Source: Candidatus Daviesbacteria bacterium (GTDB lineage Bacteria; Patescibacteriota; Microgenomatia; Daviesbacterales; UBA10151). From it: a stretch of 64,000 nucleotides of DNA. The stretch covers positions 43,180 through 107,179 of the forward strand of contig JAQTPP010000002.1 of the NCBI GenBank assembly GCA_028712705.1. The letters run 5' to 3'. Positions within the stretch are counted from its first letter, which is position 1. The number at the start of each line of letters is the position of its first letter. Below, one piece after another: positions 10,201 to 19,966 of the stretch. Position numbers and translations under genes: made by a program. Below the pieces are notes generated by a model. That model made no database searches and was not told the DNA's origin. It saw only the letters and a program-made list of their open reading frames with translations.

Positions 10201-11266
10201 TCTGCCGATAACTTTAAGCAGTTTTCTGCTTGTATCAATTGGCATATTGGTTATTTATTCTTCCTCAAAAGAGTTAGCCGTTCAGCAAATTATATTTACA
10301 ATTATTGGTATGGTTTTTTTCTTTTTTATTTCACAATTTGAACTCCAATCACTTAAACATCTGGTAAAGCCGCTTTATATTCTTATTGTTATTACGCTTG
10401 TGGCCGTGTTTATTTTAGGTATAGAAACAAGGGGAGTTTTTCGTTGGTTTTCTTTGGGAATCTTTAATATTCAACCGTCAGAGTTTGCTAAACCAATTTT
10501 AATTTTATTTTTGAGCAAATTCTGGTCGGAAAATAATCCTTCCTGGCGAAATATTTTTAAGAGCATACTCTGGTCTGCGCCTGTTTTTTTGCTTATTTTT
10601 AAGCAACCGGATTTAGGTTCCGCACTGACTATAATCGCAATTTGGCTGGGATTATTATTTGCGGCTCATATCTCTATAAAGAAGATATTAATACTTGTTT
10701 TAATTATTATTTTTATAATTCCGGCAAGCTGGTCTTTTCTGCACAGTTATCAAAAAGAACGCATTATAAGTTTTTGGGCACCCGAATCTGATCCTTTGGG
10801 CAAAGGTTATAACTTGATTCAATCAACAATTGCAGTGGGATCAGGACAACTTCTGGGGAGGGGTTTGGGTAGCGGAACACAGTCAAGATTGCAATTTTTA
10901 CCGGAATTTCGGACAGATTTCATATTTGCTTCAATTGCAGAAGAAATGGGTTTTTTAGGATCTCTTCTGATTTTATCGCTATACCTATTTTTGTTAAGTT
11001 ACTGTTTAAGGGAGGCGCAAAAAACAAACAACTCGTTTAACCTGCTGGTGATATTCGGTGTGGTTTCGATGTTTTTGTTTCAGGTTGTCGTTAACATTGG
11101 AATGAATATAGGGTTACTGCCGATTACAGGTATTACCTTGCCATTGATATCGTATGGTGGGAGTTCGTTAATCTCAACCTTTTTATCTTTGGGGATGGTT
11201 GCATCTTCTGCCAGGAATAGAGCTGACTCTGATTCAATCGGAGTTGACCACATTCAGTTTGCATGA
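10178..11266 (+). CDS. SEDS family peptidoglycan glycosyltransferase (FtsW/RodA)
   Basis: Ten-TM profile. Motifs 'QPSEFAKP', 'KQPDLGSALT' and 'PEFRTDFIFASIAEEMGFLGS'. Confidence 0.8.
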   Translation: MKILKLINLPITLSSFLLVSIGILVIYSSSKELAVQQIIFTIIGMVFFFFISQFELQSLKHLVKPLYILIVITLVAVFILGIETRGVFRWFSLGIFNIQPSEFAKPILILFLSKFWSENNPSWRNIFKSILWSAPVFLLIFKQPDLGSALTIIAIWLGLLFAAHISIKKILILVLIIIFIIPASWSFLHSYQKERIISFWAPESDPLGKGYNLIQSTIAVGSGQLLGRGLGSGTQSRLQFLPEFRTDFIFASIAEEMGFLGSLLILSLYLFLLSYCLREAQKTNNSFNLLVIFGVVSMFLFQVVVNIGMNIGLLPITGITLPLISYGGSSLISTFLSLGMVASSARNRADSDSIGVDHIQFA

Positions 11267-11308
11267 ACGTGGTTGACTTGTAGCTTGGGAAAGGATAAAA
11301 TCTTCTTC

Positions 11309-11650
11309 GTGTTAAATTACGCTATTTGTGAAATTTCAGGAAAACAATATAAGGTTGTTCCTGGTAAAGTTTTTGAAATTAGCCTTCAGAAAGAGGGAGA
11401 AGATATCGAGGCGGACGTTTTGCTTTTATCCGAGGACGGAAAATTAGAAATAGGCACGCCATATCTCAAAAAAAAGTTAACAGTTAAGCGGGTGGAAGAT
11501 ACAAAAGGACCGAAAATAAGAGTCAGTAAATTTCACGCGAAAGCAAATTACCGACGGACAACCGGTTATAGATCAAAAATTACCAGAGTAGTATTACCCC
11601 TGCCCACATTGTCACGCAAAGCGTTGCAGGCGGGTGTGAAAAAACCTTGA
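11309..11650 (+). CDS. rplU: 50S ribosomal protein L21
   Basis: 'YAICEISGKQYKV' matches the L21 N-terminus. GTG start chosen in-frame with the 11273 ORF. Confidence 0.8.
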   Translation: MLNYAICEISGKQYKVVPGKVFEISLQKEGEDIEADVLLLSEDGKLEIGTPYLKKKLTVKRVEDTKGPKIRVSKFHAKANYRRTTGYRSKITRVVLPLPTLSRKALQAGVKKP

Positions 11651-11683
11651 CAATATTTTTCACGGAGTGTATTTTAAGATCCT

Positions 11684-11929
11684 ATGGCACATAAAACAGG
11701 TGGAGGAAGTACCAGAAAAAATAGAGATTCAATTTCCAAGAGATTGGGAGTAAAGCTCTATGGCGGAGAAAAAGCGCAGTCCGGGAATATTATAGTACGC
11801 CAAAAAGGGAATAAATTTTATCCGGGAGCAGGCACAAAACAGGGTAATGATTATACAATTTTTGCTACCGTTTCCGGAAAAGTTGTATTCAAAAAGAGAA
11901 TTGATAAGATCATTATAGATGTAGTTTAA
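11684..11929 (+). CDS. rpmA: 50S ribosomal protein L27
   Basis: '[21 protein letters not shown]' canonical L27 N-terminus. Confidence 0.9.
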   Translation: MAHKTGGGSTRKNRDSISKRLGVKLYGGEKAQSGNIIVRQKGNKFYPGAGTKQGNDYTIFATVSGKVVFKKRIDKIIIDVV

Positions 11930-11931
11930 GT

Positions 11932-12789
11932 ATGGATCAACAAGAACAGATTTACGAACTTGAGATAGATTTACTACAGCCCAACCCGCTACAGCCAAGA
12001 GGATTGATCAGCCCTGAATCTTTATTGGAACTTGCAGAATCGATAAAATCTCATGGAATTCTGGAGCCTTTAGTTGTTGCGAAAACTCCTGCCGGATACC
12101 AGATTATAGCCGGTGAGAGGAGATGGAGAGCTTCTAAGGTCGCTGGTTTAGGAAAAGTACCGGTGATAATCAGGGAAACCAGCCCTCAGGGAATGCTGGA
12201 AATGGCTATAGTTGAAAATGTGCAAAGGATAGATTTAAACCCGCTGGAGAGGGCACAAGCGTATAGGAGATTAATGGATGAATTTGATTTGACTAATCAG
12301 GAAATCGCAGAGAGGGTGTCGAAAAGTCCTTCATATATTTCCAATACGATCAGGTTATTAATTTTACCGGATGCACTCAAAGATGCCTTAATGTCCGGAG
12401 CCACGACAGAAGGTCATGCAAGGGGATTGGCTGCACTGGAAGATCCGCATCTGATAATAAATGCCTACAAAGAAGTATTGAAGAGAAATCTTTCCGTACG
12501 CGGGACGGAAGAATTAGTCCGCCGGATTAGAACAAACATGGGTATCGGTCCGAAAAAAATGGCAGATATTCCGCATATGCGGATTATCTCCGAAGAGGTT
12601 GATAAAATACAGTCGGATATTGGCAATGTTTTATCCTCCGTAACAGATAAATCGCAGACTAAATGTTTCTTGAGCGGAAAGAGGGCCAAGCTGGAATTAA
12701 TTATTGAAGGCGATCCGAATAAAACTACACCGGTTTTAGAAGATTTACGTCAGGCAATCGTCGGGTATTTTAAATTAAAGACGGGCTAG
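11932..12789 (+). CDS. parB: Chromosome partitioning protein ParB/Spo0J
   Basis: ParB box 'GERRWRA', 'LQPNPLQPR', and an HTH region. Confidence 0.85.
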   Translation: MDQQEQIYELEIDLLQPNPLQPRGLISPESLLELAESIKSHGILEPLVVAKTPAGYQIIAGERRWRASKVAGLGKVPVIIRETSPQGMLEMAIVENVQRIDLNPLERAQAYRRLMDEFDLTNQEIAERVSKSPSYISNTIRLLILPDALKDALMSGATTEGHARGLAALEDPHLIINAYKEVLKRNLSVRGTEELVRRIRTNMGIGPKKMADIPHMRIISEEVDKIQSDIGNVLSSVTDKSQTKCFLSGKRAKLELIIEGDPNKTTPVLEDLRQAIVGYFKLKTG

Positions 12790-12799
12790 CCCGAGTCGT

Positions 12800-13384
12800 C
12801 TATTTATTGGTTAGTAAGCCAACATCAGATATTGGATAATATCTAAAAAATGCTTTTCCAATAATCTCTTCTTTTGTGACCGGGCCCCAATCTCTGGAGT
12901 CGGAGGAATGTTCCCGGTTATCTCCAAAAACAAAGTATTGATTGCTTCCTGCCTTAATAATATTACCTTCCTGTATAAAGGCGCCTACCCGGGTTTGAGT
13001 GTCGGGCGGCAGATAATTCTCTTTTATTATTTGGCCGTTAATAAAGACAGAGTTCTTACTTATTTGTAAAGAATCACCCGGTACGGCAATGATTCTTTTA
13101 ATGAAGTCCTGACTTTCATCCCGGGGATTTTTTAAAACTACAACTTCTCCATGTTTTGGATTTCTAAATCTATAGCTGATTTTTTCCGTGATTAAATAAT
13201 CGCCATTGTGAAAGGTTGGTACCATTGAGCTGCCTTGGACTTTGTGGAATTGCGCGATGAATAAATAAATTGAGACAAATATCGCCCCGAAAATGACGAC
13301 CGTTTCAAAAAATTCGATAAAATAGCCGCCTAAACTGGCGAAAAAACTTTTCTTGGGAAGTTCTCCGTAAAGATCAGGTTCCAT
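12800..13384 (-). CDS. lepB: Signal peptidase I (S26)
   Basis: 'GSSMVPTF' (catalytic Ser box), 'GDNREHSSDSR', and an N-terminal TM helix. Confidence 0.85.
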   Translation of the reverse strand: MEPDLYGELPKKSFFASLGGYFIEFFETVVIFGAIFVSIYLFIAQFHKVQGSSMVPTFHNGDYLITEKISYRFRNPKHGEVVVLKNPRDESQDFIKRIIAVPGDSLQISKNSVFINGQIIKENYLPPDTQTRVGAFIQEGNIIKAGSNQYFVFGDNREHSSDSRDWGPVTKEEIIGKAFFRYYPISDVGLLTNK

Positions 13385-13503
13385 TCTATTGAATATATCA
13401 AAGATTTCGGTTGTGAAGCAAGAGGGGGAATGGTAAAATTTGTTAGTCTAAGGGTACTTAGCTTCGTCCAGAGGACGACCAGTCTCTGGCTGGCAGCGGC
13501 AGA

Positions 13504-13770
13504 GTGAATTTTAATATGTTTTATGTCTATTTCGCAAAAAGCCTAAGGAACGGTAAAGTTTATGTAGGATTTACATCTAAGAATCCTGTAGATAGAGTTA
13601 ATGAACATAATAGTGGATGTAACCAATGGAGTAAGAATAATAGACCATTTAAACTGATATACTATGAAAGTTTGATTTGTGAAGATGATGCGCGGCAAAG
13701 GGAACGATTTTATAAATCAGGCGTTGGAAAGAAGATTAAGAATTTAATAGTTGAAGGTATGGGTACTTAG
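13504..13770 (+). CDS. Small GIY-YIG nuclease superfamily protein (COG2827-like)
   Basis: 'VYVGFT', 'R..EHN' and a Glu further along: GIY-YIG core. Its 3' end overlaps the first 10 nt of tRNA-Val. A 12-nt copy of the tRNA-Val 5' end lies upstream. Confidence 0.6.
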   Translation: MNFNMFYVYFAKSLRNGKVYVGFTSKNPVDRVNEHNSGCNQWSKNNRPFKLIYYESLICEDDARQRERFYKSGVGKKIKNLIVEGMGT

Positions 13771-13832
13771 CTCAGTGGTAGAGCGCTGCATTCACATTGC
13801 AGATGTCGGGGGTTCAAATCCCTCAGTACCCA
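13761..13832 (+). tRNA. tRNA-Val (anticodon CAC)
   Basis: Cloverleaf folded by hand. Acceptor GGGTACT/AGTACCC, anticodon loop TTCACAT, T-loop TTCAAAT. CCA not encoded. Confidence 0.8.
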
Positions 13833-14126
13833 CAAGTTAGTTCAATCATGTCAATTATACTGTTGCACACCGGGTGTGTGTAAGTCATCTTGACACTTTT
13901 GATCGCAAAAGTGTCCAAAACTCCTGCAAGTGATGTTCGAGCTAAAATCTTGTCTTTGCTCCTCGGGGAGTTTACCCCTCTGGTATTCCTGCACTAAAGT
14001 GCTAGTCAGTACCAGCTTCCCCTGAGTTGCAAATCCTACGATTTTTATACGCTCTCTGCATCAATTGCAGAATGAAATTTTAGTGCATTTGTTCCAAGTC
14101 AAAGATAAAAAAGAACTTTTCAAAAA

Positions 14127-14267
14127 TTATTTTTTCTTTCTAGATTTTTCTCTCTGAGATAAATCACTCGCAGCAACCTTTCTAACTTTTTTTACTTTAG
14201 ATTTTCTAAGTAGTTTAGAAGCTATCTTAGCAATTTTTAGACTTGTAACTTTTTTACCTTTTGGCAT
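14127..14267 (-). CDS. Small Lys-rich basic ORF (46 aa, MPKGKKVTSLKIAKIASKLLRKSKVKKVRKVAASDLSQREKSRKKK)
   Basis: Its ATG overlaps the hsdS stop (TAATG), suggesting translational coupling. Below the ORF-track length cut-off; composition only. Confidence 0.3.
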   Translation of the reverse strand: MPKGKKVTSLKIAKIASKLLRKSKVKKVRKVAASDLSQREKSRKKK

Positions 14268-15649
14268 TAACTTTCACCTCCTTTTTCTACCATTTCTTCA
14301 ACTTTTCTCTTTGCTTCTTCTAAAAGCTCTTTTGATTTCTTTCTTGCTTCATGCGACTTTCTCACCAACTCCGCAATTTTTTCTTGGGTAGTTTTTGGTA
14401 AAATCGGAATTAGTAAGTTTTTAATTTGTTCTGGTTTCCAATGAGCAATAATCGAACCGCCTGCATCTCTTTCAGCTTGCCATTGACCAATCACTGAGCT
14501 AATACATAAAGCTAAATATTCTGGGTCAATATTATCTTTTACTTTAAGCCGTAAAATCCCACCAGAAATAATGCCTTCCACAGCCTCTTTCAAGACATAT
14601 GCAATTCCTGGAGTCGCGTCCTTGGTCAACAAGACCTCTCCTATTTTTGGCTCAAAATCGTTTTGTAATCTTTTATATAACTCTTCACTCAAATACTTTT
14701 GATCTTTATCTTCAATTCCAAATTTAGACAAACTGCTAACTCTAATAAATAATTTTCCTTCTTCTTGATACGCTTTACTCCCGGGCTCAAAACCTTTTTT
14801 CATTGAGACTAAATCACCAAGTAGTTTTGCATTATGTTTTTTAATCTGCTCAACTAATTTTTGATACTTTGGATGAAAGTATTCCGCATCAATACGGTTT
14901 ACAGATTTAACATCTGAAAGATTAACAACAAAACTCAAATCATTTTCAATCTGAAAATTCTTTAATCCTAATTTTTCCAAAAGCAAATCTTCAGCTTGCT
15001 GATAATAAATTTTTGAATCATCAAATGTTTTTTTAGCTGAAATTATTAACTCTTTAATTACGCTTAGTAATTTTTCTTGTGGTGTAGGTATTAAAAGTTG
15101 TGCTATATTACTTATATTCAACTTTGGCTGTGCATTTCCACTAATATTTCTTATAACTTGTAAATACCCTAACTTTGAATTCAAAAATGTTAATAAAAAC
15201 AACTTTTGATCCAAAGTAGTGTTTGCATCTTTAAATTTTATACCAATGTTATTTTCGCTAATATTACAAACTCCAAGTTCTTCCGGAATTGCTGATACTA
15301 CGCCAATTGTATTACCAACTTTAGATATAACTAAGTCAAAAGGATTAAGTTGTGATTGTTTTAATCTATGATTATCTTCCTCAGATATACACACTAAATC
15401 ATCCTCATTAATAAAAAAATCTTGTAAATTACTTACCCTTATAAAGGGGATACCCTTTTCTAAATAAACATCACTTTTAAGAGATGAACCGAACGGACCG
15501 CTAACAACCTTACAACCAAAATCTTCTAGTGTGCTAAATTGTTGTTCCTTAATGCTTTTATCTAATTCCAAATATTTTGGTTGAAAATATTCTGGGTCTA
15601 ATCTATGGACTTCTTCAAGTTGAGATTTTTGGATGATGGAGAAATTCAT
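14267..15649 (-). CDS. hsdS: Type I restriction-modification specificity subunit (HsdS), two target-recognition domains
   Basis: 460 aa. Duplicated TRD architecture with conserved central and C-terminal coiled-coil repeats (family-level recognition). Confidence 0.8.
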   Translation of the reverse strand: MNFSIIQKSQLEEVHRLDPEYFQPKYLELDKSIKEQQFSTLEDFGCKVVSGPFGSSLKSDVYLEKGIPFIRVSNLQDFFINEDDLVCISEEDNHRLKQSQLNPFDLVISKVGNTIGVVSAIPEELGVCNISENNIGIKFKDANTTLDQKLFLLTFLNSKLGYLQVIRNISGNAQPKLNISNIAQLLIPTPQEKLLSVIKELIISAKKTFDDSKIYYQQAEDLLLEKLGLKNFQIENDLSFVVNLSDVKSVNRIDAEYFHPKYQKLVEQIKKHNAKLLGDLVSMKKGFEPGSKAYQEEGKLFIRVSSLSKFGIEDKDQKYLSEELYKRLQNDFEPKIGEVLLTKDATPGIAYVLKEAVEGIISGGILRLKVKDNIDPEYLALCISSVIGQWQAERDAGGSIIAHWKPEQIKNLLIPILPKTTQEKIAELVRKSHEARKKSKELLEEAKRKVEEMVEKGGES

Positions 15650-15654
15650 AAAAA

Positions 15655-16368
15655 TTATTTACCCTTCTTTAAGACTTTAATTATTTCTTTTCCGTCATTA
15701 GACACTATAAATTTAATTACCTCCTCTTCTTGAATAGAGGTTTTGACCGTCATTTTTTTCATAAGCCCTAGACCAATAACTTTTTCTTGTATTGCCTCTT
15801 CCTGTGTTATTGATCTGTTTTCATAAATTTCAATCCATGGTTTTACCAGTCGATGCTTCTCTAATGCCTCAAAAACAGTTTGAGAGAAAGAATCTCTATT
15901 TTCCTGCCATATAAATTTCTGCCTTGTTTGAGAAAATAAAATTGCAAAAATTGTAATAACACTTAAGAAGAATACGATATAACTTAAAGTTTGGATAATT
16001 TCTAAAAATATATTATTATTCAGGTTAGACAAATAAAAAAATACGAGTGAGGCAATGATGCTTAAAGCTATAAGTATCCATGTTATTTTAGTGGTACTTA
16101 TGGCTATTAATGGTTCAGGATAACCTTTACCTCTATCTTTAAATTTACCAAAAGTTAATTGGAGATAAGGCTGAAATTCTATAATTTGCCAAATTATAGC
16201 GCCCCCTGTCATAAAGGAAAGAAACGAAGCAGGTGTAGCCAGTTTTTCATTAATAAATAAGTTAGTTATAAAATCTTTCGTGAATAAGGGAAGTATTGCT
16301 GTAATTAAGGCTACTAACAACCCAAAGGTCGAAATTATAGTTTGAGTAAAATTATCTAATCTTTTCAT
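15655..16368 (-). CDS. Membrane protein (4 predicted TM helices plus a C-terminal soluble domain), unknown function
   Basis: Hydrophobic segments. Sits between hsdS and hsdM in the same orientation. Confidence 0.45.
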   Translation of the reverse strand: MKRLDNFTQTIISTFGLLVALITAILPLFTKDFITNLFINEKLATPASFLSFMTGGAIIWQIIEFQPYLQLTFGKFKDRGKGYPEPLIAISTTKITWILIALSIIASLVFFYLSNLNNNIFLEIIQTLSYIVFFLSVITIFAILFSQTRQKFIWQENRDSFSQTVFEALEKHRLVKPWIEIYENRSITQEEAIQEKVIGLGLMKKMTVKTSIQEEEVIKFIVSNDGKEIIKVLKKGK

Positions 16369-16449
16369 TTTAAGTCTTAAAATTAATCCTTTCTCCGCTT
16401 AAAGATGTTAGATATTCAAGTTGAGATTTTTGGATAATTGAGTAACTAA

Positions 16450-17067
16450 TCATAAATTAAGTGTTTTAACTACCACGAATGTTTCTAAAGCTTTATTCCT
16501 TGTATATTGCCAAAAACGCAGCGATCTATTATGAAACAGACAAGCAATAAAAATAGAAGTTATGAGTAATAAGATTATCTGTAAATTATATGCTACAAAA
16601 AGAACATATATTGATAGAAATATAGACTGCAAAAGGAAAATTATAAACCAGCCTCTATATAAACTGTAATATGCATTAAAAATTTGTACGTGTCCACTAA
16701 TATCTTTTGCAAGAGCAAATACATAACAAAGATTCCATATTTTATCTTCGTCTTGTTTTTTTAGTTTGAAAAATATTTTTGCTTGTTCGAGTATCTCTTT
16801 TTCTTTATCTGTAAACTCTTTTTTGTTCTCTCTAATAAGAAAATTTAGTAAAGGTATCTCATTCAACAAATTTGCTGCGGTTTGAACAACATGACCAAAA
16901 AAATAAGCAACAATAAACCAAACCAACAAAGCATCAAGTTTAAATTCTGGTATTGTAAGGCTATAGAAATAAAAACTATCAAAAATGATTAAGATTAAAG
17001 CGATTGCCCCAACTAACAAATAACCAATTTGGTCATAAAGATTAAATTTTGAAAAAATATTGTTCAT
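16450..17067 (-). CDS. Membrane protein (4-5 predicted TM helices), unknown function
   Basis: Hydrophobic segments. Its start overlaps the stop of the MBL-fold gene by 4 bp (ATGA). Confidence 0.45.
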   Translation of the reverse strand: MNNIFSKFNLYDQIGYLLVGAIALILIIFDSFYFYSLTIPEFKLDALLVWFIVAYFFGHVVQTAANLLNEIPLLNFLIRENKKEFTDKEKEILEQAKIFFKLKKQDEDKIWNLCYVFALAKDISGHVQIFNAYYSLYRGWFIIFLLQSIFLSIYVLFVAYNLQIILLLITSIFIACLFHNRSLRFWQYTRNKALETFVVVKTLNL

Positions 17068-18011
17068 GAGCGATAAAAGGCAATATCTTCTGTATCATTA
17101 AATGGAATATCTGCTATTATTGTTCTAAACTCATGAGTTTTATAAATTGTCGTATTTGGTAAAACCATTTTGTATTTATCTGATGCTCCATTTTGCTCAT
17201 CCTCTTGTTTGCTGTTAGAGAAAACTATGAATTGCGGTTTCATTATTTTTATTGCTTCTTCATGGAATCCTGATTCGTGGCCATGATGCGACGCTTTTAG
17301 AACAGAACATCCAGCAATTTCTTCTTTACAATTTTCAAAGATATCATTCCATACTCGCTCTTGACCATCACCACCAAGTATAATCTTTTTGTTATTAACT
17401 CTAATTAATAACGCATAAGACATCTCGTCTATTTCAACTTGTTCTTTCTTAGAACCATCTTCATTATAATGAGCCATCTTAATGAGTTTTAGAGATGGAG
17501 AAAGAATGGTAATTCTGTCTTCATAATCCTTCCAGTAGTTTCTTGGAGAATCTTCTCTGTAGGTTTTAATAATTCTTAATGTATAACCTTTCCTAATTTC
17601 TTGATAAGTCTCCCAGTCGTTTTGATATTGCTCATTGTAATCTAAATCTTCGGGGACAAATTCGTGTTCTAAATCCCAAAAATTGATAATCTCGAGTTCT
17701 GTATCATTAAAGAGTTTGCTTAATCCATATATATGATCCATGTGTGGGTGGCTACAAATGAATCGAAAGATCGGTTTCAATTTTCCATTAGTATCACGAA
17801 AATCATTAGAATTTTTATAATAATTTAATACATTTTCGTATTCCGCTTGATCGTCATAGTGATTCAAATCGATAAATGTAATCCTTTCTTCCTTAGTTTT
17901 AATAACTTGTCCTTGGTTATTTTTTACCTCACGATAAGGAAAATGAACAATTGTACAATCTCCAGAACCAACATTAAGAAAGTGTATTCTAACTCCCATT
18001 TTTATCTCCAA
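17064..18011 (-). CDS. MBL-fold metallo-hydrolase, ComEC-C-terminal type (predicted nuclease)
   Basis: 'IHFLNVGSGDCTIV' resembles the ComEC MBL signature 'hFLDVGQGDa'. HxHxDH motif 'SHPHMDH'; 'ASHHGHESG'. Overlaps hsdM by 10 bp. Confidence 0.65.
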   Translation of the reverse strand: MEIKMGVRIHFLNVGSGDCTIVHFPYREVKNNQGQVIKTKEERITFIDLNHYDDQAEYENVLNYYKNSNDFRDTNGKLKPIFRFICSHPHMDHIYGLSKLFNDTELEIINFWDLEHEFVPEDLDYNEQYQNDWETYQEIRKGYTLRIIKTYREDSPRNYWKDYEDRITILSPSLKLIKMAHYNEDGSKKEQVEIDEMSYALLIRVNNKKIILGGDGQERVWNDIFENCKEEIAGCSVLKASHHGHESGFHEEAIKIMKPQFIVFSNSKQEDEQNGASDKYKMVLPNTTIYKTHEFRTIIADIPFNDTEDIAFYRS

Positions 18012-19966
18012 AAACTAAAATTTTGCTCCTTTGCAAATTTAATGAAAGCATCAGCTATTTGATCTAAATCATGATCTAAAGCTTTATTTCCCTTACTATC
18101 AAAAGTTATTTCTCCTTTTTCATCTTTTTTATAGACATAATCTCCGGAATTATCTTTCCCACTTCTCCTAGAAACAGCCATAAAGATTGGGTAATCCTCT
18201 AAAGGTTTTTCACCTTCCGTCCATTTTTGCAAAAATAATACAGATGTCTTTGTGCCTGTGTGTGGTTTAAAAGTATTAACCTGTAACCCTACAACTGCCA
18301 AAATTCTGGCCTTATCAAAAATCCAATTCCGGATATATTCCATATTAGTATTATTCAAAACTCCTTGTGGCAAAACTATGGCTAATCTGCCACCAGGCTT
18401 AATTAGATTCAAAGCTCTTTCAATAAATAGAATATGACGTTCCATTTTATTGCGCAGTTTGCCTTTATCATTTTTAGCCAGTTCATAGGCATTTAAAACA
18501 GTTCTATCTATAATTTCACCGGCAAATGGTGGATTAATTAAAAGCATATCAAAACCAAAATACTTAAAATACTCCTGGTTTTCCTTATCTTTGTCATAAT
18601 CGTTAAATCTTAATAGCCTTTGTTGTAGTTCCGCCCTAGCTTTTAATTTTTCGCTATCATCACCTTGCCATTCTTTTGGATTTAGAGAATTTAATTTAAA
18701 AATATGCGACCTGCCATCACCTGCAATAAGCATTAAAGCCCGGGAAATTTTGACCGGTTTATCGTCAAAATCTATTCCGTAAATATAGTTTCTTGCATAA
18801 TCTATTCTAGTATCGCGAGAGACGTTCTCCGGCATATTACCCCAAACCCATTGCATAGCGTGGATTAAAAATCCGCCAGATCCGGAAGCGGGGTCTGTTA
18901 CATACTCATCTTTTTTGGGATTTAGCATTTTTACTGCCATATCAATAACATGACGGGGAGTAAAATATTGGCCCCTGTTACCCTTGGCAACATCCGGAAG
19001 TAAGTACTCAAAGGCTCGATCTATGATTTCCAAATTAGCATCAAGCAATTTAACTTTTTCAAATTCCCCTATGCAAACAGAAAGATGCGTTGGGGACAGT
19101 CTTATTGTTTCACCCGGCAAAAACATACCCGGCCATTCTTTTTGTGAATTTTCGAATAATCTACTTATATTGTCATAAGTAATTCTTGGATCTTTTGACT
19201 GGCGGAAAAGTAGCTCGCCATGTCTATCTCTGGCATACTTCTCATCATAGAGTTTTGCATAAATAAGTTTAAAAATTTCATTAAAAGAATCCTCTCCTGC
19301 ACCTGCCAGAACTAATTCCTCTAAAACCTTAATCACCCTTACTAAATCAAATTTTGTTTCAAGTTGATCAAGCGTAAGTTTTTCTTCCAGAACATCATCT
19401 ACTGTCTGATTTGATCTGGGAATATCACGCAAAGTATTTTCAAATTCATGAGGGTAAGGTCTATACAAAATTACTTTAGTTACGCCGTTTGATAAAACTC
19501 CGATTGGAGCACCTTGCGCATTTAGATAACTTTTTACTTGTTCCAATCCGTCTTTTGCATCCGGACTTTTGATTTCTAAAATTATATGAGGTGTTTCTTT
19601 GTCTTCGTCGTAAACTACAATATCTGCTGCTTTTTCGCGTATCTCCCTTCCAAAATTTACTGATTTTTCAACAGCTATTCTTTCGTAAGAGTAGTTATAA
19701 GTTTTGTTTAGTCTATAAAGCCAAAGCTGGCGGACAATTTCTTCAGGTTCGCCAGCTTGTTTTTCTTCGCTCCATATAAACAAATCTGTGTTTCTTTTAA
19801 AACATTTAAGGTAAAATTTGCCTTTTTCTTTTTCAAATATATCTAAAATTTCTGAGGGGTTTATTTTTTCAAACTCTGTAAGGCCAAATTGAACATCTGG
19901 CCTACGAAAAATTTTATTGACGATCTGTTCTGTTATACTCTTAGCCATTAATTTTACTCTTTCCAA
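18002..19966 (-). CDS. hsdM: Type I restriction-modification N6-adenine DNA methyltransferase subunit (HsdM)
   Basis: Motif I 'DPASGSGGFL' and motif IV 'NPPF'. HsdM_N-like N-terminus. The true start may be the Met at 19948, which leaves a 4-nt gap after the lexA stop. Confidence 0.85.
   Translation of the reverse strand: MERVKLMAKSITEQIVNKIFRRPDVQFGLTEFEKINPSEILDIFEKEKGKFYLKCFKRNTDLFIWSEEKQAGEPEEIVRQLWLYRLNKTYNYSYERIAVEKSVNFGREIREKAADIVVYDEDKETPHIILEIKSPDAKDGLEQVKSYLNAQGAPIGVLSNGVTKVILYRPYPHEFENTLRDIPRSNQTVDDVLEEKLTLDQLETKFDLVRVIKVLEELVLAGAGEDSFNEIFKLIYAKLYDEKYARDRHGELLFRQSKDPRITYDNISRLFENSQKEWPGMFLPGETIRLSPTHLSVCIGEFEKVKLLDANLEIIDRAFEYLLPDVAKGNRGQYFTPRHVIDMAVKMLNPKKDEYVTDPASGSGGFLIHAMQWVWGNMPENVSRDTRIDYARNYIYGIDFDDKPVKISRALMLIAGDGRSHIFKLNSLNPKEWQGDDSEKLKARAELQQRLLRFNDYDKDKENQEYFKYFGFDMLLINPPFAGEIIDRTVLNAYELAKNDKGKLRNKMERHILFIERALNLIKPGGRLAIVLPQGVLNNTNMEYIRNWIFDKARILAVVGLQVNTFKPHTGTKTSVLFLQKWTEGEKPLEDYPIFMAVSRRSGKDNSGDYVYKKDEKGEITFDSKGNKALDHDLDQIADAFIKFAKEQNFSFWR

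Noticed and set aside
13840-14126. Possible tmRNA/SRP/6S-type small RNA in the hairpin-rich stretch between tRNA-Val and the hsdS-coupled micro-ORF (hairpins GACACTTTT-GATCGC-AAAAGTGTC, CTGCA-TCAAT-TGCAG)
   Set aside because: No tRNA-like domain, no tag-peptide-like reading frame ending in AA, and no SRP domain IV motif. More likely an island junction or terminator region. Left as an unexplained structured spacer.
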